From: an uncultured bacterium
Lineage (GTDB): Bacteria > Oederibacteriota > PGYV01 > CAWJRG01
Length of the DNA stretch: 64,000 bases
Assembly: GCA_963845185.1 (NCBI GenBank)
Contig: CAWJRG010000005.1
Span: 672,001-736,000 of the forward strand
Direction: 5' to 3'
Below, piece after piece: positions 19,225 through 27,144 of this stretch. Within the stretch, counting starts at the first letter, position 1. Each line of letters starts with the position of its first letter. The position numbers and the translations under genes were made by a program. The notes beneath the pieces were generated by a model. It saw only the letters and a list, made by a program, of their open reading frames with translations, was not told the origin of the DNA and did not search any database.

Positions 19225-19709
19225 TTGCTTTTCTCCACACCTGCATCCCCTGTCTTTTTAACTTCATTGCCTTCCGGATATTTAAAATCCACGTTTTTAA
19301 AAGTCTCTCCACTGACTTTAATCAGCATTACTGTCCCGGAGAATTGCTCCACGCCTTTTAATTTCTTTGAGACAGCGGAAAATTCGGAGGTATCGCCTTT
19401 TACTTCGCCGGTCAATGGGCTTGCCACTGCTTTAAGGTTCAAAAACAGCGTCTTGCAGTCTATGTTCAATTTCAGTTTTATAGAGCTTTGCTGCAGGCGT
19501 ACCGGGTTTTCAGCTTCCCCATCGAGCACATATCCGGTGAGTTTCCCGCTGTCAGGCTCAAGCAAAAGCTCCAGGTGCGCGAATTCCTCGCCGAATTCGA
19601 CCAACGTGCCGTTATGCGGCGGCTTGTGTTCGTGCGCCAAAAGCGCGCCTGCCGCAGATATGAACAGCAGTAATATAATCATCACGATTGTCAAATTATT
19701 TTTTTTCAT
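19221..19709 (-). CDS. Exported His-containing hypothetical protein (HEHKPPHNGTL...AHLEL)
   Basis: Signal peptide; His-rich N-terminus; overlaps the next gene by 4 nt. Confidence 0.7.
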   Translation of the reverse strand: MKKNNLTIVMIILLLFISAAGALLAHEHKPPHNGTLVEFGEEFAHLELLLEPDSGKLTGYVLDGEAENPVRLQQSSIKLKLNIDCKTLFLNLKAVASPLTGEVKGDTSEFSAVSKKLKGVEQFSGTVMLIKVSGETFKNVDFKYPEGNEVKKTGDAGVEKSK

Positions 19710-19727
19710 TATTTTGTCTCCATATTT

Positions 19728-20996
19728 TCAGGACATCGGATCCAGGTTCCTCGCCACGTCGGTAGAGTAGGCTTTTATTGCAGGAATAAATCCCGACAAT
19801 GCGCCCAGCACAGTCATGCCCACAGGTACAGCCAGCAGCGAGAAATGCATGCTGAAAACATCGAGCACGACCCCAGTCTGCTGCCTGACAATTAACGAAG
19901 CAAATGCGAAAACCGCCCAGTAAACCAGAAAGCCGCCTATGGAGCCTGCGCCTGCTATAACCGTGGCTTCCAGCACTATGGAGGAAAACACGTTTGCCCG
20001 CCTGGCGCCCAGCGCGCGCAAAATGGCAAACTCCCTGCGCCTTTCGTTCATGGTATTGTAAAGGCTCGCAAGTATGGATGCTGCTGCCACAAGCATCACA
20101 AGGTATGCGACAAGCGTGAGTACTTTCGATACCCAGCCGAGTTTGTCGAAAAATTCGGCCATTACCTTGCTTATGGGCCACGCAAGCGTTGCCACTTTTC
20201 CCTGCTTGTTTATTGCCTGATCGAGCATAAAACCTGCCTGAGGGCTGTAAAATTTGAGCATGACTGCGCTTACTTCCTTGACAGAGTCTGATATCTCGAC
20301 GCCCGCTGTCGCAGTATATTCAGTACCGCTGCCGCGCAGCACATGGCCTTTAATCCTGTAAACAGCGTCTATCGGTATCCATATCACCCTGTCCGAGGGG
20401 GTGTTTGTAGGCTTTAGCACTCCTGTTATGGTGAAAACTTCCTCGTGCTGCATGCTCGGGTCAAAATACAGCCCGTGATACGGCCTGAATTGCGAGCCCT
20501 CTTTCAGCCCTGTCTTGTCGGCTACATAACTTCCTATCACGGCTTCTTTTTTCGCGGGGTCAAAGTATTTCCCGCCCTGCCTGACCGTGAAATGTCTGCC
20601 TGCCTGGTACTCGAACTTCGTGAATATCTCATCCGTGGTTCCTACTATCCTGTAGCCGAAATAATTGTCCCCGACCGCATACGGTATTGCGAGCGCAACG
20701 CGCGGGTCGTTTTTAATGGCCTGGTAAAGTGACCACGGTATATTGCCCGGCGATGTCTCGAGCTGATAAACCGAGTTAAGCACAAGCTGTAGCTGGCTGC
20801 CCCTGGCTCCCAGCACCGCGTCATAACCCGCGTTGCCTCCTATAAAAGCGGTCCGCGTCTGGTATTGTATGGAAAAAACCGACATGGTCAGCCCTGTTGC
20901 CAGCGCAACGGATAATACGGTGATGCCGGTTGATAATGCATGCTGTTTCATGCTGTGGCCTACAAGAAAGAAAAGGTTTTTTATGTTTTTAAGCAC
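19728..20996 (-). CDS. ABC transporter permease, FtsX/MacB type (ZrgC-like)
   Basis: GARGSQLQLVLNSVY, IPYAVGDN, NERRREFAILRALGA, IPAIKAY. Confidence 0.9.
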   Translation of the reverse strand: MLKNIKNLFFLVGHSMKQHALSTGITVLSVALATGLTMSVFSIQYQTRTAFIGGNAGYDAVLGARGSQLQLVLNSVYQLETSPGNIPWSLYQAIKNDPRVALAIPYAVGDNYFGYRIVGTTDEIFTKFEYQAGRHFTVRQGGKYFDPAKKEAVIGSYVADKTGLKEGSQFRPYHGLYFDPSMQHEEVFTITGVLKPTNTPSDRVIWIPIDAVYRIKGHVLRGSGTEYTATAGVEISDSVKEVSAVMLKFYSPQAGFMLDQAINKQGKVATLAWPISKVMAEFFDKLGWVSKVLTLVAYLVMLVAAASILASLYNTMNERRREFAILRALGARRANVFSSIVLEATVIAGAGSIGGFLVYWAVFAFASLIVRQQTGVVLDVFSMHFSLLAVPVGMTVLGALSGFIPAIKAYSTDVARNLDPMS

Positions 20997-20998
20997 AG

Positions 20999-21676
20999 TT
21001 AATTCCCTGCCTTTCCCGTGAAATTTATCGAGCTTAATTTTTTTACGGATTTAAAGCTGGCAAGCACGTCGCGGTCATGGCTCACGAGCAGGAGCGCCGC
21101 GCCTTTTTCTTTGCATATGTCCTTTATCAGGTTCAGGGACTCCTTCGCCCGTTTGTGGTCTAGGTGCCCCGTAGGTTCGTCCGCCAAAACGAGCTTGGGA
21201 TGGTTTGCAAGCGCCCTTGCCACCGCCACCCGTTGTTGCTGGCCTACCGACATCTGCCGAGGCAGGTAGTTGAAATATTTCTTCAGCCCTACCCTCTCAA
21301 GCAGGGAAGCCGCAATCGCGTGGTCGACGCCGGGCCCGAACATCATGCCCAGCATGACATTCTCAATGGCCGAATAGCCCTGTAACAGGTTGAATGTCTG
21401 GAAAATATAGCCCATCGCGCGGGCCCTTAAAAGGTCGCGCCTGCTTTCGTCGAGCGTTTCCATGTCGGCGCCCGCGAACCTTATGCTGCCTTCATCTGCC
21501 CTGAGTATTCCGGCTATGAGGTTAAGCAGGGTTGTCTTCCCCGAGCCGCTCTCGCCCGCAATGGCAGTCTGCTCGCCCTCCTCGACGCCAAAACTTTTGA
21601 TGTTTATCACTTCATTTATCCCGCCTTCCGGCGAGCGGAATGTCTTTTTTATATTTTTTATCTCAAGTATTTTCAT
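20999..21676 (-). CDS. ABC transporter ATP-binding protein, LolD/MacB type (ZrgB-like)
   Basis: GESGSGKT, MSVGQQQRVAVARAL, LADEPTG, VSHD. Confidence 0.92.
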   Translation of the reverse strand: MKILEIKNIKKTFRSPEGGINEVINIKSFGVEEGEQTAIAGESGSGKTTLLNLIAGILRADEGSIRFAGADMETLDESRRDLLRARAMGYIFQTFNLLQGYSAIENVMLGMMFGPGVDHAIAASLLERVGLKKYFNYLPRQMSVGQQQRVAVARALANHPKLVLADEPTGHLDHKRAKESLNLIKDICKEKGAALLLVSHDRDVLASFKSVKKLSSINFTGKAGN

Positions 21677-21721
21677 TTTTTTCCTCTCTGAAAAATCAGA
21701 ATAAGTCATATTTCAAAAAGC

Positions 21722-22546
21722 TTAACCCTGCAGTTTCTTCGGCATGATTGATTTCCCTGCAAGAAATAATGCGAACATGACGCCGAACACGGCCACTATT
21801 GACGCGCCTGTAGGCGTGTCCATGTATACGGATACGGCAATCCCGCCTATGCTGCACAGTATAGCCAGTCCCCATGAGATAAAAAGCCGGGCCCTTACTG
21901 CCTTTGCTATCATGGCCGCGCATATGGCCGGTATTATCAGGAACGAGAATACCATGAGTACGCCGGCCATTTCGACGGATAGCGTGACCACAGCGCCGAA
22001 AGTCGCGTAAAAAAAGAAATCCCATAACCCCACATTGATATTGTCCTTCCTGCACGCTTCGGTCGATTCTTCCGTAATGAGCCAGAATTTTTTCCTGAAA
22101 ACGAAATGGAAAACGCCTATCATAAGGTAAGCAACCGCGGTCTTCAGTATGTCCCCGGGCTTTACGAAAAGTATGTTGCCTACAAGCATGTCTTTTATAT
22201 GTTCGGATTCCGCGGCCGACTTGGACAGGATGAGCACGCTGGCTGCGGCAGCGAACACATAGGTGATGCCGATGACCGCCTCCTGAAGCACTACTTTTTC
22301 CATTGTCCTTGCCCACGTGAAAAACAATGCCCCTGCCAGCGCAAAAGCGAGCGATATCAGGTATGACCCTGTGGTGTGCATGGCAATGCCCGACGCAAAC
22401 CCCACAAGCGTGCCCATCGCGGCTGTCTGGGCCAGCGCGAGGTCCACGAAAATAATGCCCCTGCGTATTACGTGCATTCCGAGATAAGTGTGTATTGACG
22501 CCAGCACTATGCATGCCAGCATCGGCCAAAATACGAGTTCCAGCAT
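21722..22546 (-). CDS. Metal ABC transporter permease (ZnuB/ABC-3 family)
   Basis: HTYLGMHVIRRGIIFVDLALAQ, LVGNIL, GVLMVFSFLIIPA, PTGASIV. Confidence 0.9.
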   Translation of the reverse strand: MLELVFWPMLACIVLASIHTYLGMHVIRRGIIFVDLALAQTAAMGTLVGFASGIAMHTTGSYLISLAFALAGALFFTWARTMEKVVLQEAVIGITYVFAAAASVLILSKSAAESEHIKDMLVGNILFVKPGDILKTAVAYLMIGVFHFVFRKKFWLITEESTEACRKDNINVGLWDFFFYATFGAVVTLSVEMAGVLMVFSFLIIPAICAAMIAKAVRARLFISWGLAILCSIGGIAVSVYMDTPTGASIVAVFGVMFALFLAGKSIMPKKLQG

Positions 22547-22561
22547 TTGTAACCTCCGGAT

Positions 22562-22636
22562 TTTTGAAGTTTAATGTTTCATGTTTCATGTTTAAAGTTC
22601 TAAACCTTAAACTTTCAACATCAAACTTTTAACTGT
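22562..22636. repeat. Inverted array of degenerate 7-bp repeats
   Basis: GTTTAAT GTTTCAT GTTTCAT GTTTAAA, then AAACCTT AAACTTT CAACATC AAACTTT. Confidence 0.7.
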
Positions 22637-22639
22637 TTT

Positions 22640-23539
22640 TTACTTCAGCGCGTTCACAAACGTGTCCACGTCGTAATTAAAAAGGTCGATATAGGTATCC
22701 GTGCCTTTTAAGCCGCCTACAGCCGTGCTTAAGAGCACTATTTTCGCGCCTGTCTCTTTTGCGACTTCTTCAGGCGCGCTCATGTCGTAAAACTGGTCCA
22801 CGAGTATGATTTTCGCGCCGTCTTCCTTCATTTTCTTGATGAGCCTTTCTATATCTCCGGGCGATGGCGGTATTGCCGGCTTTGATTCTATGTAGCCGCT
22901 CACCTTAAAACCGCAGTAATTGATGAAATAGTCCCAGCAGTCATGCGTGGCCGCTATCGGTACTCCCTTATACGGCTTGAGCTCGGCGTCCCACCTGTCA
23001 ATGCCCGCGTCGAGTTTCTTGATGAAGGCGCCGTAATTGCCCTTGAAATAATCCGCGTCATCCGGGTATTTTTCGCTCAGCTTGTCCAGTATTTCTTTTG
23101 CTATCACTTTTCCGTTGTTCGGGTCCATGTGGTAGTGCGGGTTCCCGTAAATATGCACGTCGCCTATGCTCGCGTCAACCTTGCCCTGCGGTATCTCTAT
23201 GACCGGTATTTTTTTAGATAAATCCAGGTAACCGTCCCCGCCTTTCATGACGTGCGAGTTCCTGGAAGCCTCTATGACGCTGTTTGCCCACATGTCAAGG
23301 TCCATGCCTATTACAGCCACAAGGTCGGCGTTCCTTACTTTCACGACCATGGACGGCCTGGGCTCGACCGAATGCGGGTCCTGTGTCCCCATCATCAGGC
23401 TCTCCACGTTTGCCTTGTCGCCCGCGATGTTTTTCATTATGTCCCCCATATCCGGGTCTGAACATACGATGTTGATTTTCCCTGCGAAAAGCGCAAGCGG
23501 CATGAGAATCATTGCCGCGATAATCAGAATTCTTTTCAT
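22640..23539 (-). CDS. Metal ABC transporter substrate-binding protein (ZnuA/TroA family)
   Basis: QDPHSVEPRPS, GDVHIYGNPHYHMDP, ATHD, ESKPAIPPSP; AGGAGG RBS before ATG 23539. Confidence 0.92.
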   Translation of the reverse strand: MKRILIIAAMILMPLALFAGKINIVCSDPDMGDIMKNIAGDKANVESLMMGTQDPHSVEPRPSMVVKVRNADLVAVIGMDLDMWANSVIEASRNSHVMKGGDGYLDLSKKIPVIEIPQGKVDASIGDVHIYGNPHYHMDPNNGKVIAKEILDKLSEKYPDDADYFKGNYGAFIKKLDAGIDRWDAELKPYKGVPIAATHDCWDYFINYCGFKVSGYIESKPAIPPSPGDIERLIKKMKEDGAKIILVDQFYDMSAPEEVAKETGAKIVLLSTAVGGLKGTDTYIDLFNYDVDTFVNALK

Positions 23540-23565
23540 TTTTCTTCCTCCTATATTTAAGTTTA

Positions 23566-23593
23566 AACTTTGAACCTTGAACATTGAACTTTT
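23566..23593. repeat. Tandem degenerate 7-bp repeats
   Basis: AAACTTT GAACCTT GAACATT GAACTTT. Confidence 0.65.
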
Positions 23594-23596
23594 ATT

Positions 23597-24742
23597 TTAC
23601 TGCAGCGGGTGCGTGTGCGGCCCGATGCCGAACACGAACTGCAGCAATAATTCGTTTGATTTTTCCTCGGGGATGTATCCGTATTCCTCCCTGAAAAAGC
23701 TTCCCTCAGTGAGCCGCTCTGTGACTATGGCCGATATTTTGCTCAGCTTATTTATCTGGATGTCCGCGTTTTCCGCCCAGTCATACCGGCCGCCGATATC
23801 CAGGTACTTGCTGAAGCTGTAACCCGCGTAAGCATAGCTGCCCCAGCGGTCAAGCGATGTTGCCTCTTCCTCGCCAACCGTCTCGTTGCCTGAAGGGCCC
23901 TGTTCTATTGTGCCTGCTATGTCCCTGTTCATGTATATTGCTTCTGCCTGCAGCATGAACCTGCTGTAAGTGCCTGTCCATATTTTCAGCGTCAGGTCAG
24001 CGCCTGCTATCCTCACGTCGTCCTTTCCTATCTGCAGCTCCTCGCCGCTTCCGGATATGTCGTTTGTGCCGGGTCCATACGGCCCTTTTGTCAGCGCTCC
24101 GCTCGCGCCGAGCTCAAGCTCTGATTCGTCGGTCGGGTCAAATGAAATTGACAGCCTTTCTGTAAAAAGCTCCTGGTCGAGCACAAATTCGCTGTTTGTG
24201 TCCACTGCATCGTAAATGCCTGTCTCTGATTTGACGAAAACCGGCAGCGGCAGCACATACCCGAGCGAAATGCCCTCTCCTGTCAGCGAGTCGCCGAAAA
24301 AGTTCTGTATCACAAGCGGTGCGTCCGTGTACGGCCAGACATGTGAATGCAATATGTTGATTTTTCCGAACTCGGCCTTCATCTTTCCGACTTTCAGGGA
24401 AAAAGAATTAAGCACGCTCAGGAAATCAGCGAAAGCTTCCTCGATATTCACGCCAGAGCTGTCAAAAGACAGCACCGTGCTCACGCTTGCCTGCGGGTAT
24501 ATGTAGCCCGCGATCACAGCCTCGACCTCGCTGGTGCCGAGCGACAGCCTGTTCGCGTTCGGTATGACGCCGTACGGGCCGTCTGGCTGCTGCGCAATGC
24601 CGCCGAGTATGTTGCCCACAAGGCTTATATCCGGCAGCGCCGTGGCGCCTGCTGTGCCCGCCGTTCCAGGCTGTGATTCTTCGGCGAATATTACAGGTGA
24701 AAACAAACACAATAATAATGCAAATAAAATTATTTTTTTCAT
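23597..24742 (-). CDS. Outer-membrane porin/receptor-like protein of zinc-uptake loci
   Basis: PDISLVG, IEEAF, FGKINILHSHVWP, C-terminal LQFVFGIGPHTHPLQ (His motif). Confidence 0.8.
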   Translation of the reverse strand: MKKIILFALLLCLFSPVIFAEESQPGTAGTAGATALPDISLVGNILGGIAQQPDGPYGVIPNANRLSLGTSEVEAVIAGYIYPQASVSTVLSFDSSGVNIEEAFADFLSVLNSFSLKVGKMKAEFGKINILHSHVWPYTDAPLVIQNFFGDSLTGEGISLGYVLPLPVFVKSETGIYDAVDTNSEFVLDQELFTERLSISFDPTDESELELGASGALTKGPYGPGTNDISGSGEELQIGKDDVRIAGADLTLKIWTGTYSRFMLQAEAIYMNRDIAGTIEQGPSGNETVGEEEATSLDRWGSYAYAGYSFSKYLDIGGRYDWAENADIQINKLSKISAIVTERLTEGSFFREEYGYIPEEKSNELLLQFVFGIGPHTHPLQ

Positions 24743-24828
24743 TGATGCCTCCTTGAATTTTGATTGGTTTCAGGAATTTAATAATTATTTTTTATTCTAA
24801 ATACCAAATCCTGAATCCCAAATGCTTT

Positions 24829-25119
24829 TTATGCAGCGGAATAAGGAGGCGCGCGGGAGGAGAATACCTTTTGTATATTGAAAGTTGTTTCTCTTTTTGA
24901 TATGAATTTTAAAAACGTCAGTACGGCAATTATCCACAGCTGTATTACCGCTGTCAGTATCGCGTTGTTTGCCGTGTAAATAAAAGAGCATATTTCGCAG
25001 TCGCGATGCTTGTCCTGCTCCGCGGGATTGTGGTGGTGGAATGTAGTTACGCATACCGCGAATAAAACAACTGCCAATGCTATTACTGTTGTGGCTTTTC
25101 TCAAAGCTGAATTTTTCAT
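24829..25119 (-). CDS. DUF2946-like leader protein (HHH, CxxC, C-terminal RAPP)
   Basis: TM-HHHN...DCEIC...SSRAPPYSAA*; first gene of the metal-uptake operon. Confidence 0.8.
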   Translation of the reverse strand: MKNSALRKATTVIALAVVLFAVCVTTFHHHNPAEQDKHRDCEICSFIYTANNAILTAVIQLWIIAVLTFLKFISKRETTFNIQKVFSSRAPPYSAA

Positions 25120-25152
25120 AGTCTTGCCTTTCCGGTCATGTAATGCAAATAA

Positions 25153-25180
25153 ATTATAACAGGCTTGAGGATTTTTTCAA
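25153..25180 (-). promoter_or_regulatory. Sigma70-type promoter for the metal-uptake operon
   Basis: TTGAAA-16 nt-TATAAT with extended -10 TG. Confidence 0.5.
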
Positions 25181-25268
25181 GGAAATTTTATTACCCAGTA
25201 TCCAAAGGCAAGGGTGAGTTGCAACTTACTCCCCGCCAATCTTTAACGTTTACTTTTTTGCGCTGTAT

Positions 25269-25736
25269 TTATAATAATTTATTCATTTCAAGAAAAGTGA
25301 TTTTGCTTTTGTTATGCGAAGTTAAAGTTATTTCTTTCATTCTTTTAAACCCGTATTTTTCATAAAAGCCTTCCGCGTAAAGCGTGGACCAGCAGTATAA
25401 TTGTTTTAAACCATCTTTTTTTGCTTCTGATAATACTTTTAACATCAATTGTTTTCCAATACCTTTTTTTTGTAATTCGGGATTGACAAAAAAAGTGCGT
25501 ATTTTGCTTGTGTCAAAGCCTCCAATCCCTTCTATATTGTCGTCAATTACAGCGACATAATATTTTACAAGCTTTGAATTTTCCTTGAGCCGGTCCGGTG
25601 AATTTTCTTCAATCTGGTTTTCAATGGCTCCTTTTGAATAATTGCCCAGATTTAATGTAAGAAAACATTTTTCAATCATTTTACTGGCATCGACCGCGTC
25701 TTCATCTTTGAATTTTCTTATTATCATATAACCCAC
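25269..25736 (-). CDS. GNAT family N-acetyltransferase
   Basis: FVNPELQKKGIGKQL, AEGFYEKYGF. Confidence 0.9.
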   Translation of the reverse strand: MGYMIIRKFKDEDAVDASKMIEKCFLTLNLGNYSKGAIENQIEENSPDRLKENSKLVKYYVAVIDDNIEGIGGFDTSKIRTFFVNPELQKKGIGKQLMLKVLSEAKKDGLKQLYCWSTLYAEGFYEKYGFKRMKEITLTSHNKSKITFLEMNKLL

Positions 25737-25748
25737 CGTTTGTAATTG

Positions 25749-26456
25749 TCAGTTTGCTTTATTATTCTTCCCGTTTAAATCATTTACTTGAATTAATTCT
25801 TCAATATTTTCTATTACATAATCCGCATATGCTTTTCTTGATTCTATTTTTTCTGGCCATATTTCTTTTATGATTCCGGTTATAAAAATCGTCGACATGC
25901 CTGCTTGTTTTGCGCCGTATAACTCATTTGACCCTCCATCTCCGACAAAAACAGCATTTTCAGGCTTTTCATTTAACTCTTTTAAGCAATATTCATAAAT
26001 TTCTTTATCCGGCTTTACAAGTCCCACATCGTAGGAAAAAACAACACTGTCAAAATAATCTTTAATCGGTGATTTCTTCCATCCGGATATTTCAAATATA
26101 TCTGCATTACTTATTAAACCAATTTTTTTGTCTGATGATTTCAATATTTTTAAAGTATCAGTGGTATTTTTTGGAACATTTACTATAGCGCCTTCAAATC
26201 TTGATATTCTGTTTTGCAGCGCTTTTTGTATTCGTTCTATAGGTATATCCGGATTTATTGCATGAGCCATGGTTTTAATAATCACAAACGGATTCTTCTC
26301 CTGCCCTGTTAATCTTTCTCTTGATTTCTCCAGCAATTGTTCGTTCCAGTCTTCTTTGCTGACGCCCAGTATTTCCGAAGTCATCGGCCCGTTTGACCAT
26401 GTGGATTCCAACGCAGTTAGAGTATGGAACAAATCAAATATAACAGCTTTTTTCAT
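25749..26456 (-). CDS. HAD-family hydrolase
   Basis: AVIFDLFHTL, LISNAD, KPDKEIY, FVGDGGSNEL. Confidence 0.9.
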   Translation of the reverse strand: MKKAVIFDLFHTLTALESTWSNGPMTSEILGVSKEDWNEQLLEKSRERLTGQEKNPFVIIKTMAHAINPDIPIERIQKALQNRISRFEGAIVNVPKNTTDTLKILKSSDKKIGLISNADIFEISGWKKSPIKDYFDSVVFSYDVGLVKPDKEIYEYCLKELNEKPENAVFVGDGGSNELYGAKQAGMSTIFITGIIKEIWPEKIESRKAYADYVIENIEELIQVNDLNGKNNKAN

Positions 26457-26499
26457 TGATACAAATTCCCGAACTGATTGCCCTAGCATCTTTCACTCC

Positions 26500-27069
26500 C
26501 TACAGTTTGAGTTTCTTAGCTACTTTTAACACATTTTCACCGAGTATTTCCGCCTGCCTTAATCTTTTTTCCTGTTTTAATATGTCCCCTGCCTCTGACG
26601 CGACGGCAGTCACGCCGTTCAGTTCGCCCGGAACACATATCATGCCGCAGGACAGCATCCAGTTGTAAATTGCGTTTATTGTGATGGCCTGTCCGCCGCC
26701 TGTGCCCCGGCCTACTGCAATTGCGCCGCCCGCTTTTCCCTGCAACGGCCTTTTTTTGCTCACCGCGTAATGCCTGTCAAGCACTGACAACAATTGTGAG
26801 CTGATATTCCTGGAATATACCGGGCTTCCGATAATTATCGCGTCGCACCAGTCAAAAGCCTCATAAAAATAATGCATGTCATCCTTGATTGTGCATTTGC
26901 CCGAATCAAGGCAGCTGTCACATCCGTCGCATGGCTGTACAGTATATTCGCTCATTTTTAAATGCTTTATATCCCAGCCGTCTTTTTTAAACGGTTTCAA
27001 TGCATAATCAACGAGTATTGCGCTGTTTCCGTTTATACGCGGGGTCCCTGAAATGCCTAACACATTCAT
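26500..27069 (-). CDS. Flavodoxin / iron-sulfur flavoprotein family
   Basis: ISGTPRINGNS, CDGCDSC....CTIKDD, IGSPVY. Confidence 0.9.
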   Translation of the reverse strand: MNVLGISGTPRINGNSAILVDYALKPFKKDGWDIKHLKMSEYTVQPCDGCDSCLDSGKCTIKDDMHYFYEAFDWCDAIIIGSPVYSRNISSQLLSVLDRHYAVSKKRPLQGKAGGAIAVGRGTGGGQAITINAIYNWMLSCGMICVPGELNGVTAVASEAGDILKQEKRLRQAEILGENVLKVAKKLKL

Positions 27070-27144
27070 CTTCTCTCCTCCTTATGTTGCGTTTCGCGTG
27101 TGGTGTCCTGCCTTTTGTTTATATTCAACATATGGTGCTTTTTT

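Noticed and set aside
25139..25161. Zur/Fur box overlapping the -10 of the metal operon promoter
   Set aside because: Only a weak AT-rich imperfect palindrome; plausible from context but not supportable from sequence alone
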